A stretch of 64,000 nucleotides of DNA from contig NZ_JABEMC010000004.1 in the NCBI RefSeq assembly GCF_013004595.1, positions 186,001 to 250,000 on the forward strand. The letters are read 5' to 3'. Made by a program: the position numbers and the translations under genes. The stretch is from Brevibacterium luteolum. Its GTDB lineage: Bacteria; Actinomycetota; Actinomycetes; Actinomycetales; Brevibacteriaceae. The notes under the pieces were generated by a model. The model ran no database searches and was not told where the DNA came from. It worked only from the letters and a program-made list of their open reading frames with translations. Shown here piece after piece: positions 30,289-39,146 of the stretch; position 1 is the stretch's first letter; the number at the start of each line of letters is the position of its first letter.

Positions 30289-31433
30289 GGCTCACCACCT
30301 CGGGGTTCGTCTTCCTCATCGCCGGCATCGCGCTCATCATCTCCGCGTACCGGTTCTCACTGCCGGGCATGCTGCCGGCCGGGATCCTGCTCATCGGGCT
30401 CGTCGCCCTCAGCCTGTTGCTGGCGATCATCACGAGCCGCCGGATGGAGGTCACACTCTCAGCGGCTGTCCGCAGCGTCGACGGCACCCCCGTCGCCGAG
30501 GTGGGCCGCCCGCTGCTGCTGCGCGCGGCCCTGCGCAACCGGACCCCGCTGCCGATCGGCCCCTTCGGCGTCGACCTGGCCTTCCGGCCGGGTCTCGGTG
30601 AGGACCAGGGCGTCCGGGTGCCGGGCATCGGCGCCTCGTCCTCAGTGACCGTCGAGGCCGAATGCACCCCCACCCAGCGCGGGGTCAGCGGCGTCGACGG
30701 GGTTGCCGTGTCCTTTGAGGGCCCCTTCGGGCTCTCGGCGGTCTCGCACACGCTGCTGCGCGGCTACGACATCGCCGTCGCCCCGCGCCTGGAGCAGATG
30801 CCCAGGCCGCCCAAGGCCGGGCTCGCCCAGCCGATGGCCGACACCTCCCGCGCACTGCGCGGGGGCACGAGCCGGGACTTCGACACCCGCGAGTACGTCC
30901 CCGGTGACGACCTGCGCCATATCCACTGGACGTCGACTGCCCGCCATGACGAGCTCATGGTCCGCCACGAAGCCGAAGAGGAACATCCGTTCGCGGTCAT
31001 CCTGCTCGACACCGCCGGTGCCGGGGAGCATCCCGATCCGGCCGCCGAGGTGCTCATCTCAGCCGTCCAGTCGCTGGCCTCGGTGTACTTCTCCGCCGGC
31101 TACGAGGTGCTGTGCTGCATCGACGGCACGCTGCATCCGGTGCGCGAGACCCGCGGGGCCGAGCGCCTGCGCCTGGCCCTGGCCAGCTACGAGACCGGCG
31201 GCACCGAACTCCCGGGCACCCTGCGCGGGGCCTCCGGTGCTGCCGATGTCGCGGTGTGCGCGATGACCCCACAGCGGGCGAGCGCACTGGAGTCGGCCCT
31301 GCCGCGGGGCACCCGCAGCCGCCGGCTCATCGCCGCCGACCTCGACCTCGACGCCGGCGGTGTCGACGGTGTGTGCGCCACCGGGCATGCGATCCCGCAG
31401 GAATGGAAGCGACTGGGAAGGAGGCGCAGGTGA
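30285..31433 (+). CDS. DUF58 domain membrane protein
   Basis: Two N-terminal TMs; REYVPGDDLRHIHWTSTAR..ELMVR; ATGA overlap with moxR. Confidence 0.92.
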   Translation: MRLTTSGFVFLIAGIALIISAYRFSLPGMLPAGILLIGLVALSLLLAIITSRRMEVTLSAAVRSVDGTPVAEVGRPLLLRAALRNRTPLPIGPFGVDLAFRPGLGEDQGVRVPGIGASSSVTVEAECTPTQRGVSGVDGVAVSFEGPFGLSAVSHTLLRGYDIAVAPRLEQMPRPPKAGLAQPMADTSRALRGGTSRDFDTREYVPGDDLRHIHWTSTARHDELMVRHEAEEEHPFAVILLDTAGAGEHPDPAAEVLISAVQSLASVYFSAGYEVLCCIDGTLHPVRETRGAERLRLALASYETGGTELPGTLRGASGAADVAVCAMTPQRASALESALPRGTRSRRLIAADLDLDAGGVDGVCATGHAIPQEWKRLGRRRR

Positions 31434-33643
31434 ACTCGCGTCAGTGGATCGGCACTCTGGCCGTCATCGCCTCGATGTCCCTGCTGGCGGTGGCGATGTG
31501 GAGTGTGTTCATCGACTTCAACTGGTTGCCGCCGGTGCTCATCATCGTGCTCGTCGTCGCACTCTCCGGTGCGCTGCTGCGCATGAGCTCCCGCATCCAG
31601 GCTTCTGGCCTGACGGTGCTGCTGCAGCTGGTCATCGGCCTCATCACCGTGCTCATCCTGTGTGTGCCGCACACTCTGGCGTTCGGGATCCTGCCGACGC
31701 CGGGGTCGATGCTCGAGCTGTTCGCTCAGCTCGGCAGCGGCATCGACGACATGTACAAGGTCATCGCGCCTGCCGATTCGACTCCTGGCTTCACGACGAT
31801 CCTCATCGTCGGCTTCGGGCTCATCACCATGCTCATCGACGGGCTCGTCTCCGATCTGCATGTGCCCAAGGTCGCCGGTGTGCTGCTGCTGCTCGTCTAC
31901 TGCATCCCGGTGTTCCTGGCACCCAATGAGCTGCGGTGGTGGCACTTCGCTGCCGTCGGTGCTGCGTTCATCGTGCTCATGCTCGCCCCGTACTTCGAGC
32001 AGGCGGAGTCGTTCGGCCCGCTGCCCCCGTTGCTTGCCGGCGGTCTGGCGCTGCTGCTCGGCGTCGGCATCCCGGTGCTGCTGCCCGATGTCTCGGTGCG
32101 CCCGCCCCGGCAGTCGCAGCAGGCCGACATCACCGTCGTCAACCCGTTTCTCGATCTGCGCAGCAACCTCGCCGATCAGAGCGACAAACCGGTCTTCGCC
32201 TATTCCAGCAGCGACCCGCTGCAGCCGCCGATCCGGCTGACCTCGGTCTCGGAGTTCGACGGGCAGACATGGAAGCCAGCCGAGTTCGACATCGACCCCT
32301 TCGCCATCGCGGTGGACGGGCTGCCGAACCCGCAGGGCGTCAGCACGGATACGACGACGACTGAGCAGACGATGAATGTCAACGTCGGCGGCTTCGACCA
32401 GTCCTATCTGCCTGCGCCGTATGCGCCGTCGCAGATCGACGGGGTGTCCCGGCGCTGGATCTTCGACAAGGACACGCTCACGATCGTCGGAAACGGAGAG
32501 ATCGCCGCCGATCAGGAGTACAGCGTCACCTACACCTCGGTCGAGCCGACGGCTGAGGAGCTCGAATCCTCCCAGCCGGTCTCGGCAGGCCAGTTCGCTG
32601 ACACCCTCGCGCTGCCCGATGATATGCCCGCCGTCGTCGGCGACACCGCTGACGAAGTCACCGCCGGTGCCCGCAATCAGTGGGAGCAGGCCGTCATGCT
32701 GCAGGAGTACTTCCGTTCGGATCAGTTCGAGTACTCCCTCGACGCACCTGAGGAAGCCTCCAGCGATGCGATCGCTGACTTCCTGTCGGAGAAGGCCGGC
32801 TACTGTGTGCAGTTCTCCGGGGCGATGACGGCGATGGCACGCTCGCTCGGCATCCCTGCCCGCATCGCCGTCGGGTTCGCTCCCGGTGAGGAGACCGGGG
32901 AGAACGCCTATGAGGTGGCGATGTCGGATGCGCACGCCTGGCCCGAGCTGTACTTCGACGGCATCGGCTGGGTGCGCTTCGAGCCCACCCCCGGCGGCCC
33001 GGCCGGCACTCCCCCGCCGTGGTCGCAGACCGACGGCAGCGCAGGTGCTGAGGACGAGCCGACGGAAGAGCCGACCGAGGAGACCACAGAAGAGGACACC
33101 GAGGAGCCGACAGCTGCAGAGACCACTCCGGCAGCCGAGGACGAGACCGCTGGATCCGACGCCGATTCCGAAGGCATGTCCCTGTGGTGGATCCCGCTGG
33201 CGATCCTGGCCGTCCTCCTGCTGGCCGCACTGCCGGCGCTGGTGCGCATCCTGCAGCGCCGCAAGCGTCTGGGTGAGCCGCTTGACCCCGAGTCGGTGTG
33301 GGAGGAGATCCATGCCCTCGGCGTCGACTACAAGCTGGCGCCGGCCTCTTCGCTGCCGGTGCGCGAGCACCTCAACGAGCTGCGCAATGCAGTTGCCGAG
33401 CAGTCGGCCGACGGCGATGCCGACTACCTGCCGGCTGTGTTCGAGGATCTCGGAGAGGCTGTCGACCAGGCGCGCTATCTCGACCGCTCGCGCAGCGACC
33501 TCAAGCATGCGGCGCCGCACATCGACAAGGCCGGTATCGATGAGGCCGTCGAGTCGGTTCGCGCGCACTACGATCGCGTGGCCCCGCGCAGCACCTCGCT
33601 GCTTGCCCGCCTGTGGCCAGCCAGCGTGTTCCACCGCCGCTAG
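31430..33643 (+). CDS. Membrane transglutaminase-like protein (TgpA-type)
   Basis: Multi-TM N-terminus; GYCVQFS (Cys), ARSLGIPARIAVGF, HAWPELYF (His), WVRFEPTP; acidic linker plus TM; GTGA overlap. Confidence 0.92.
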   Translation: MNSRQWIGTLAVIASMSLLAVAMWSVFIDFNWLPPVLIIVLVVALSGALLRMSSRIQASGLTVLLQLVIGLITVLILCVPHTLAFGILPTPGSMLELFAQLGSGIDDMYKVIAPADSTPGFTTILIVGFGLITMLIDGLVSDLHVPKVAGVLLLLVYCIPVFLAPNELRWWHFAAVGAAFIVLMLAPYFEQAESFGPLPPLLAGGLALLLGVGIPVLLPDVSVRPPRQSQQADITVVNPFLDLRSNLADQSDKPVFAYSSSDPLQPPIRLTSVSEFDGQTWKPAEFDIDPFAIAVDGLPNPQGVSTDTTTTEQTMNVNVGGFDQSYLPAPYAPSQIDGVSRRWIFDKDTLTIVGNGEIAADQEYSVTYTSVEPTAEELESSQPVSAGQFADTLALPDDMPAVVGDTADEVTAGARNQWEQAVMLQEYFRSDQFEYSLDAPEEASSDAIADFLSEKAGYCVQFSGAMTAMARSLGIPARIAVGFAPGEETGENAYEVAMSDAHAWPELYFDGIGWVRFEPTPGGPAGTPPPWSQTDGSAGAEDEPTEEPTEETTEEDTEEPTAAETTPAAEDETAGSDADSEGMSLWWIPLAILAVLLLAALPALVRILQRRKRLGEPLDPESVWEEIHALGVDYKLAPASSLPVREHLNELRNAVAEQSADGDADYLPAVFEDLGEAVDQARYLDRSRSDLKHAAPHIDKAGIDEAVESVRAHYDRVAPRSTSLLARLWPASVFHRR

Positions 33644-33849
33644 CCACTGTCCGCAGGCATCGCCTGCACCATGGGCACGGCGTCCAGCCGGGTCCTGCAG
33701 AGCGCAGGATCCGGCTGGTGCTCATTCCGGCACCGGCTTATGCTCTGATATCGCCTGCGAAATCCGCTCATTAGCCGCGGATGTCCACGGCAGGAACTCC
33801 TGACGGAAGCTTCTGCGGCGCGCATCGGCCTGAGGTTGAGGCAAAGAGA

Positions 33850-33879
33850 AGATCCCGCCGGTGGTGCCGAGCGGGATCT
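33850..33879 (-). terminator. Probable terminator after DUF3040 gene
   Basis: agatcccgc/gcgggatct stem followed on the minus strand by tctcttt. Confidence 0.55.
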
Positions 33880-33907
33880 GTTGTCAGAGAAATCTGGGGC
33901 AGGCGGA

Positions 33908-34318
33908 TCATTCTCCGCGGCGGCGCTTCTCCCAGCGGTCTTCGAGACGATCCATGAAGCTGCTGGATCCTGCAGTGCTGCCGGCTGAGGCCTTGGCGGT
34001 CGTGGCGTTCTGGACGTTGCCCTTGGGTGCGCTGCCGGACCCGCCGTTGACGGCCCAGTAACCACTGGCGACCATCACCGCGAATCCGATGACACCGCCG
34101 ACAGCGCCGAACGGCATGCCGAAGAAGTAGATGGAGGCAATCGTGATGGCGATGCCCGCCAGCAGGCCGAGCACGCCGATGACGAACCGCTTGGCTGAAA
34201 CCGATCCCCCGCCGGACGGACGCGGCTGCGAGATGTTCTGGGCAAAGCGGGGGTCCTCACTGCGCAGCTGCTGCTCAAGCTGGTCCAGTAGCTGCTGTTC
34301 ATGTTCTGAGAGTGGCAT
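33908..34318 (-). CDS. DUF3040 membrane protein
   Basis: MPLSEHEQQLLDQLEQQL..EDPRFA, two TMs, FMDRLEDRWEKRR; AAGGGGG SD. Confidence 0.9.
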   Translation of the reverse strand: MPLSEHEQQLLDQLEQQLRSEDPRFAQNISQPRPSGGGSVSAKRFVIGVLGLLAGIAITIASIYFFGMPFGAVGGVIGFAVMVASGYWAVNGGSGSAPKGNVQNATTAKASAGSTAGSSSFMDRLEDRWEKRRRGE

Positions 34319-34454
34319 GGTAGCCCCCTTCACCTGCGCGCTCGAAAAGTCGTACCTCAATGATAGTCCTTTCGACCCTGTTTCGGCATCTCGGAATTGA
34401 CCTGGCGAGCATACTCTGACCAGGTTCACAGCCCAGACGCCGATGGATGGGAGA

Positions 34455-35705
34455 TCACTGCCCGTCGGTCGTCTCTCCGCGCCGCGGTTCCAGCAAGGAC
34501 GCCTGCCCGATGACGGCGTTGCCGAACTTCCTGCGCACCTCGTCGAGGGCGACTTCAGCATCGCGCGGAGAGCGGTCTGGCTCATCGAGGGTGGCCTGTC
34601 GTCCGGCAGCATCGCGATCGATGACATCGGCTGCGCGCAGACCCAGCAGGCGGACCGGTTCGCGGTGCTCGGCATAGAGGCGTCTGAGCAGCGGCAGCAG
34701 CGCGGCATGGATCTCAGCTGCGACATCGGTCGGCGCCGGGAGTGTGACCTGCCGGCTGAAGGTGCGGAAGTCGTGCAGCCGGAACTTCAGGCCCACCGTC
34801 CCTGTCACGATCTCCTCGCGACGCAGACGCCCTGCCACCCCGTTGGCCAGCCGCAGCAGTTCGCGCTCGAGGCTGGGCAGGTCGGCGATGTCGGCAGGGA
34901 AGGTGTGTTCGGCGCTGACCGTGTGCTCCTTGGCGGAGTCGTGAATGGTGCGCGAGTCGATACCGCGGGCAAAACCGTGAACCGTCGCACCGAAGGATCC
35001 GAGAGTCTGCGCCGCCCAGCCGGCATCGGCGTCGGCCAGCTGGCCGATCGTCGTGATGCCGTACCTGCGCAGGGTCTCCTCCAGCTTCGCTCCCACCCCA
35101 GGCAGCGCTTCGATCGGCATCGGGGCTAGGAACTGCTGGGTGCGCGCGACCGGGACGACGAGCAGCCCGTCGGGCTTGGCCCGGGCGGAGGCGAGTTTGG
35201 CGACCACCATCGTCGCGGCTACCCCGATCGAGGCGGTCAGCCCGGTGCGCTTGGTGATCTCTGCGCGCAGGCCGGCGGCGATGTCGGCTGGCCGGCCGAG
35301 CCGGCGCAGCGCGGAAGTGACGTCGACATATCCCTCGTCAACGCTGACCTTGGTGAACTCGTCGGTCACTTCGGCGATGATGTCGAAGACCTGCCGTGAG
35401 TAGTGCGAGTAGGCACCACGAGAGGGCGGGATGACGGTGGCCTGCGGGCACAGCTGCACCGCACGTGACATCGGCATCGCGGCGTGGATCCCGTACTCGC
35501 GGGCCTCGTAGCTGGCTGACACGCAGACACCGCGGCCGGCGCGGCCGCCGACGATGACCGGTGTGCCGCGCAGCTCGGGCCGGGTGAGCAGTTCGACGGA
35601 GACGAAGAAGGCGTCCATGTCCAGGTGCAACATGGTGCATCCGGTGTCGTCGGTGCCGAGCGCCGCGAGATCTCCGCCCGAGCGGGCGAGCTGCTTTCGA
35701 CTCAT
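34455..35705 (-). CDS. dinB: DNA polymerase IV (Y-family)
   Basis: HLDMDAFFVSVE, SYEAR, SVDEGYVD, AKPDG, LPGVG; ATG at 35705 after AGGAG. Confidence 0.95.
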   Translation of the reverse strand: MSRKQLARSGGDLAALGTDDTGCTMLHLDMDAFFVSVELLTRPELRGTPVIVGGRAGRGVCVSASYEAREYGIHAAMPMSRAVQLCPQATVIPPSRGAYSHYSRQVFDIIAEVTDEFTKVSVDEGYVDVTSALRRLGRPADIAAGLRAEITKRTGLTASIGVAATMVVAKLASARAKPDGLLVVPVARTQQFLAPMPIEALPGVGAKLEETLRRYGITTIGQLADADAGWAAQTLGSFGATVHGFARGIDSRTIHDSAKEHTVSAEHTFPADIADLPSLERELLRLANGVAGRLRREEIVTGTVGLKFRLHDFRTFSRQVTLPAPTDVAAEIHAALLPLLRRLYAEHREPVRLLGLRAADVIDRDAAGRQATLDEPDRSPRDAEVALDEVRRKFGNAVIGQASLLEPRRGETTDGQ

Positions 35706-35732
35706 GTCTCTCCTGGGCGCTAGTCTGGAAGC

Positions 35733-36329
35733 ATGATACAACGCACTGCTCTGACGACTTCGGCCCTCGCAGTCTCCGCCGCGCTCATCCTCTCCGGCTG
35801 CACCGGAGACGATACCCCTGAGTCCGAGGAGCAGACAGCCACGGAAACCGCTGCCGCTGAGAATGAGGAGACCGAAGCCGCAGACGGTGACGAGCAGACC
35901 GCATACGGCGAGCTCATCGACGGCTTCCCGGACACGATCGAGCCGCTGCCTGAAGCCGAGATCGTCTCCTCCACCCTCAGCCCTGCCGACGAGCAGGCTG
36001 CTGAGGGCGAAGAGGCTGAGGCTACTGAGGCACCCGAAGGTGAGGACGGCGCTGAAGCCGAGAATCCGCAGGCTGACAGCGAGCGGATCGGCGTGTCCCT
36101 CGTCCAGCTGAGCGAGAAGTCCGAAGAGGAGATCATCAAGTTCTACACCGACTCCCTCAAAGACAAGGGCTTCGAGACAGTCGGCGACGCCGCCAAGGAA
36201 GGCGACGTCACCACGCAGACCTTCCACGACACCAAGAACGACCAGACCCTGTCCCTGACCGTCGGGCCCGGACCTGACGATGACACCAACAATCGACAGG
36301 TCACCGTCGGCGGGGTCGTGCTGCGATGA
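35733..36329 (+). CDS. Acidic lipoprotein of unknown function
   Basis: Signal peptide with lipobox LSGC; very E/D-rich; ATGA overlap with next gene. Confidence 0.8.
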   Translation: MIQRTALTTSALAVSAALILSGCTGDDTPESEEQTATETAAAENEETEAADGDEQTAYGELIDGFPDTIEPLPEAEIVSSTLSPADEQAAEGEEAEATEAPEGEDGAEAENPQADSERIGVSLVQLSEKSEEEIIKFYTDSLKDKGFETVGDAAKEGDVTTQTFHDTKNDQTLSLTVGPGPDDDTNNRQVTVGGVVLR

Positions 36330-37453
36330 GCGCAGCCGCCACCACCGTCACCGCACTCACACCCGCAGACGAGGTCATCGCCGCAGTCGACGCCGTCATC
36401 GACGAGCACCTGCAGACCACCGCCGCGCGCATGGCCGAGATCTCACCGGTCACCGATGAGCTCATCGACCCGATCTGCGCATTCAGCGCCAAGGGCAAGC
36501 GGATCCGGGCACTCATCACCTGGTGGGGCTACGAGCTGGCTGGCGGCACCGACGCCGCGAAATCCGGCATCGCCCACACCGCTGCCGGGGTCGAGCTACT
36601 GCATGCCGCAGCCCTCATCCACGACGACATCATCGACGATTCCGAGACGCGCCGCGGCCAGCCGGCCGTGCACACGTACTTTCGGGCGATGCACCGCGAC
36701 CGTGACTGGACCGGTGACGCGGTGCTGTTCGGCGATGGCGCTGCGATCATCGCCGGGGACCTGTGCCTGAGCCTGAGCGAAGAGCTCTTCAGCGCCTCAG
36801 CGCTGGCGGCCTCGGCCACCGCCGAGGCGGTGCGCCGCCACAACGACTTCCGTCGCGATGTCATGGTCGGCCAGTATCTCGACATCCGCCTGCAGGCCGC
36901 ACCGGTCGCCGGTGATGAGCTGTTGCCGCGCGCCGATGAAGTGCTGACCTACAAGTCAGCGAAGTACTCCGTCGAGCAGCCGCTGCTGCTCGGCGCCGCC
37001 CTGGCCGGTGCCGACACCGCGCTGCTGAGCGCGCTTTCGGACTTCGGCCTGCCGCTGGGCCGGGCATTCCAGCTGCGCGATGACGAACTCGGCGTCTTCG
37101 GCGACCCAGACGTGACCGGCAAGCCGGCCGGTGATGACCTGCGGCAGGGCAAGAAGACCGTCCTCATCGGACTGACTCTGCAGGCACTGTCCAACGGTGA
37201 CGATGCGTCAGCCGATCAGGCCGACTGGCTTATGCGCCGGCTCGGGCAGCCGGATCTCAGCCTGGACGAGCTGCAGCAGATGAAGGATCTCATCGGGTCC
37301 TGCGGGGCGCTGGAGAAGTTCGAAGCCGAGATCGACGCACAGCTCACTGCCGCCCACCAGGGGCTCGACGCTCTGGCCGCCCACGGCATCAGCGATGCCG
37401 CCCGCGAGCAGCTGGCGCAGTATGCGCTCCTGCTCACGCGCCGCTCAGCCTGA
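36326..37453 (+). CDS. Polyprenyl (probably geranylgeranyl) diphosphate synthase
   Basis: GKRIR, LIHDDIIDDSETRRG, KSAKY, AFQLRDD, DDLRQGKKT. Confidence 0.93.
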   Translation: MSAAATTVTALTPADEVIAAVDAVIDEHLQTTAARMAEISPVTDELIDPICAFSAKGKRIRALITWWGYELAGGTDAAKSGIAHTAAGVELLHAAALIHDDIIDDSETRRGQPAVHTYFRAMHRDRDWTGDAVLFGDGAAIIAGDLCLSLSEELFSASALAASATAEAVRRHNDFRRDVMVGQYLDIRLQAAPVAGDELLPRADEVLTYKSAKYSVEQPLLLGAALAGADTALLSALSDFGLPLGRAFQLRDDELGVFGDPDVTGKPAGDDLRQGKKTVLIGLTLQALSNGDDASADQADWLMRRLGQPDLSLDELQQMKDLIGSCGALEKFEAEIDAQLTAAHQGLDALAAHGISDAAREQLAQYALLLTRRSA

Positions 37454-37457
37454 GTCC

Positions 37458-37868
37458 TCAGACGGCCAGCGCCTGCGCGCGGCGCCGGACCTCTTTCTTC
37501 GATCCCGTGCGCAGCAGGTCGATCGGCCGACCCGGCAGCGAATCATCAGGGGTGAACAGCCAGACGATGGCCTCTTCATCGGGGAAGCCGGCATCGGCCA
37601 GCAACATGAGGGTGCCCTGCAGGTTCTTGACCGGAGCGTCGCCGTCGATGAAGAGCGCGGGCACCTTGAAGACCTTCGGCGAACCGTGCTTGAAGCCGAT
37701 AAGCGCCCGATCTTCGACCAGACGGCGGACCTTCGAGATCCCCAGCCCTGTCTGCTCGGCGATGTCCGGCAGCGGCAGCCATTCGTCGACGAGTGCCAGC
37801 GCCTGCGCAGAATGGTCGGGCGAACCTGCCTGCTGGGATGAGCCGGAAGCGGCGGTTGAATCAGTCAC
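37458..37868 (-). CDS. Rv2175c-family DNA-binding protein
   Basis: WLPLPDIAE HTH-like segment, VPALF, LQGTLMLLADAG, WLF, EVRRRAQALA; synteny with polyprenyl synthase and pknL; start approximate. Confidence 0.85.
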   Translation of the reverse strand: MTDSTAASGSSQQAGSPDHSAQALALVDEWLPLPDIAEQTGLGISKVRRLVEDRALIGFKHGSPKVFKVPALFIDGDAPVKNLQGTLMLLADAGFPDEEAIVWLFTPDDSLPGRPIDLLRTGSKKEVRRRAQALAV

Positions 37869-37991
37869 AGATCTCAGGATAGTACCGACACGCCGAGTGC
37901 GCATGCTCGCACGTGTGGCGCAGCGCAGTCGTTAAGCTGGGATCAACTGTAACCGCAGCTTGTCTTCCCCCATCAGAACTGCAGGTCGTAC

Positions 37992-39146
37992 ATGAACAGG
38001 GCATCGCACCGCCCGCCGCACGGACGGGCGCGACAGACAACGGCTCGGGCTGCCGTCCCGTCGCCGTTGACCGTGGCATCGCATTTCGCATCCCAGCAGG
38101 CCGCACAGCATCTCCCTGTTGCTGACGAGCATGCCCCTGCAGCGCCCGAAACGACGACCGATCCGAACCTGCAGCCGGGCTTCAGCCCCGCCTTCACACC
38201 GCGCGCCACGCCCGCCTCCGATGCCCAGCCGGGATTCACCTCGGGCACGGTCAGCGAGGCCATCCCGGTCACCCACGGCGGACGCAGCTACAAGGTCCGC
38301 ACCGGCGACACCCTCATCTCGATCGCCAAACGCCACGGAGTCTCCGCCCCAGCGATCGTCGAACTCAACGACCTGCGCGGCCGCAGCGCGGTGCGGCCTG
38401 GACAGATCCTGTCGCTGCCGGCGAAGAACATCCACCAGCAGCGCACCGCCGGCCACCGGGTCGCCGCAGGCGAGACCCTCGAAGCGATCGCCGAGCGCTA
38501 CCAGATCTCGGTGCCGGCCCTGCAGGACGCCAACGCAATGGGCGACTCGACAGTCATCCGCGAAGGCGAGCTGCTCGCACTCTCCGGTTCCGGGGCCACC
38601 TCGAACCGTGCCCGGCAGCATGTCCCGGCAGCCGAGCTGCCGCAGCTGCCCACCGACCACCGCGGCACCCCGTACCCGGCCGAAGTGCTCGCTGCAGCCC
38701 GGCACAACAAGTGGATCCTCCAGCAGCGTCCCGTACTGCCGAAGCGCGACATCGCCGCGATGGTCCGCGGGATCGCCGACTACCTCGGAGTCGATGAGCA
38801 CCTCGCCTCCGCCCTGGCCCAGCAGGAGTCCGGGATGCGCCAGCAGGTCGTGTCCCCGGTCAACGCGATCGGCGTCATGCAGGTGACCCCGCGCGCCGGA
38901 GCCTGGGCCGCCGAGCTGCTCGGCGAACCGGTCGACATCCTCGACACCGCCGAGAACATCCGCGCCGGCCTGGCGATCCTGCGCTGGCTGCTCGAACGCA
39001 CAGGCTCCGAAGCCGAGGCGCTGGCCGGCTACTACCAGGGCCTCGCCTCGGTCGCGGCGCACGGACAGCACCGCGACACGCGCCGCTTCGTCCACAACGT
39101 CCAGGTGACCGCCGAACGATTCCGCAGCCAGGAGAGCACATCATGA
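37992..39146 (+). CDS. Two-LysM, lytic transglycosylase (SLT-like) domain protein
   Basis: YKVRTGDTLISIAKRHGV and HRVAAGETLEAIAERYQI LysM repeats; ALAQQESG, AIGVMQV, AGYYQG SLT motifs. Confidence 0.9.
   Translation: MNRASHRPPHGRARQTTARAAVPSPLTVASHFASQQAAQHLPVADEHAPAAPETTTDPNLQPGFSPAFTPRATPASDAQPGFTSGTVSEAIPVTHGGRSYKVRTGDTLISIAKRHGVSAPAIVELNDLRGRSAVRPGQILSLPAKNIHQQRTAGHRVAAGETLEAIAERYQISVPALQDANAMGDSTVIREGELLALSGSGATSNRARQHVPAAELPQLPTDHRGTPYPAEVLAAARHNKWILQQRPVLPKRDIAAMVRGIADYLGVDEHLASALAQQESGMRQQVVSPVNAIGVMQVTPRAGAWAAELLGEPVDILDTAENIRAGLAILRWLLERTGSEAEALAGYYQGLASVAAHGQHRDTRRFVHNVQVTAERFRSQESTS

Noticed and set aside
31187..33634. Long antisense ORFs (815 aa here; also 55909-58101, 12480-14177, 49362-51020)
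   Set aside because: Shadow frames expected from high third-position GC opposite real genes; no recognisable motifs
35640..35900. LexA/SOS box for dinB
   Set aside because: No TCGAAC-N4-GTTCGA-like site seen near the start
34455..36227. 590-aa extended DinB
   Set aside because: The extension is antisense to the lipoprotein gene; SD-supported ATG at 35705
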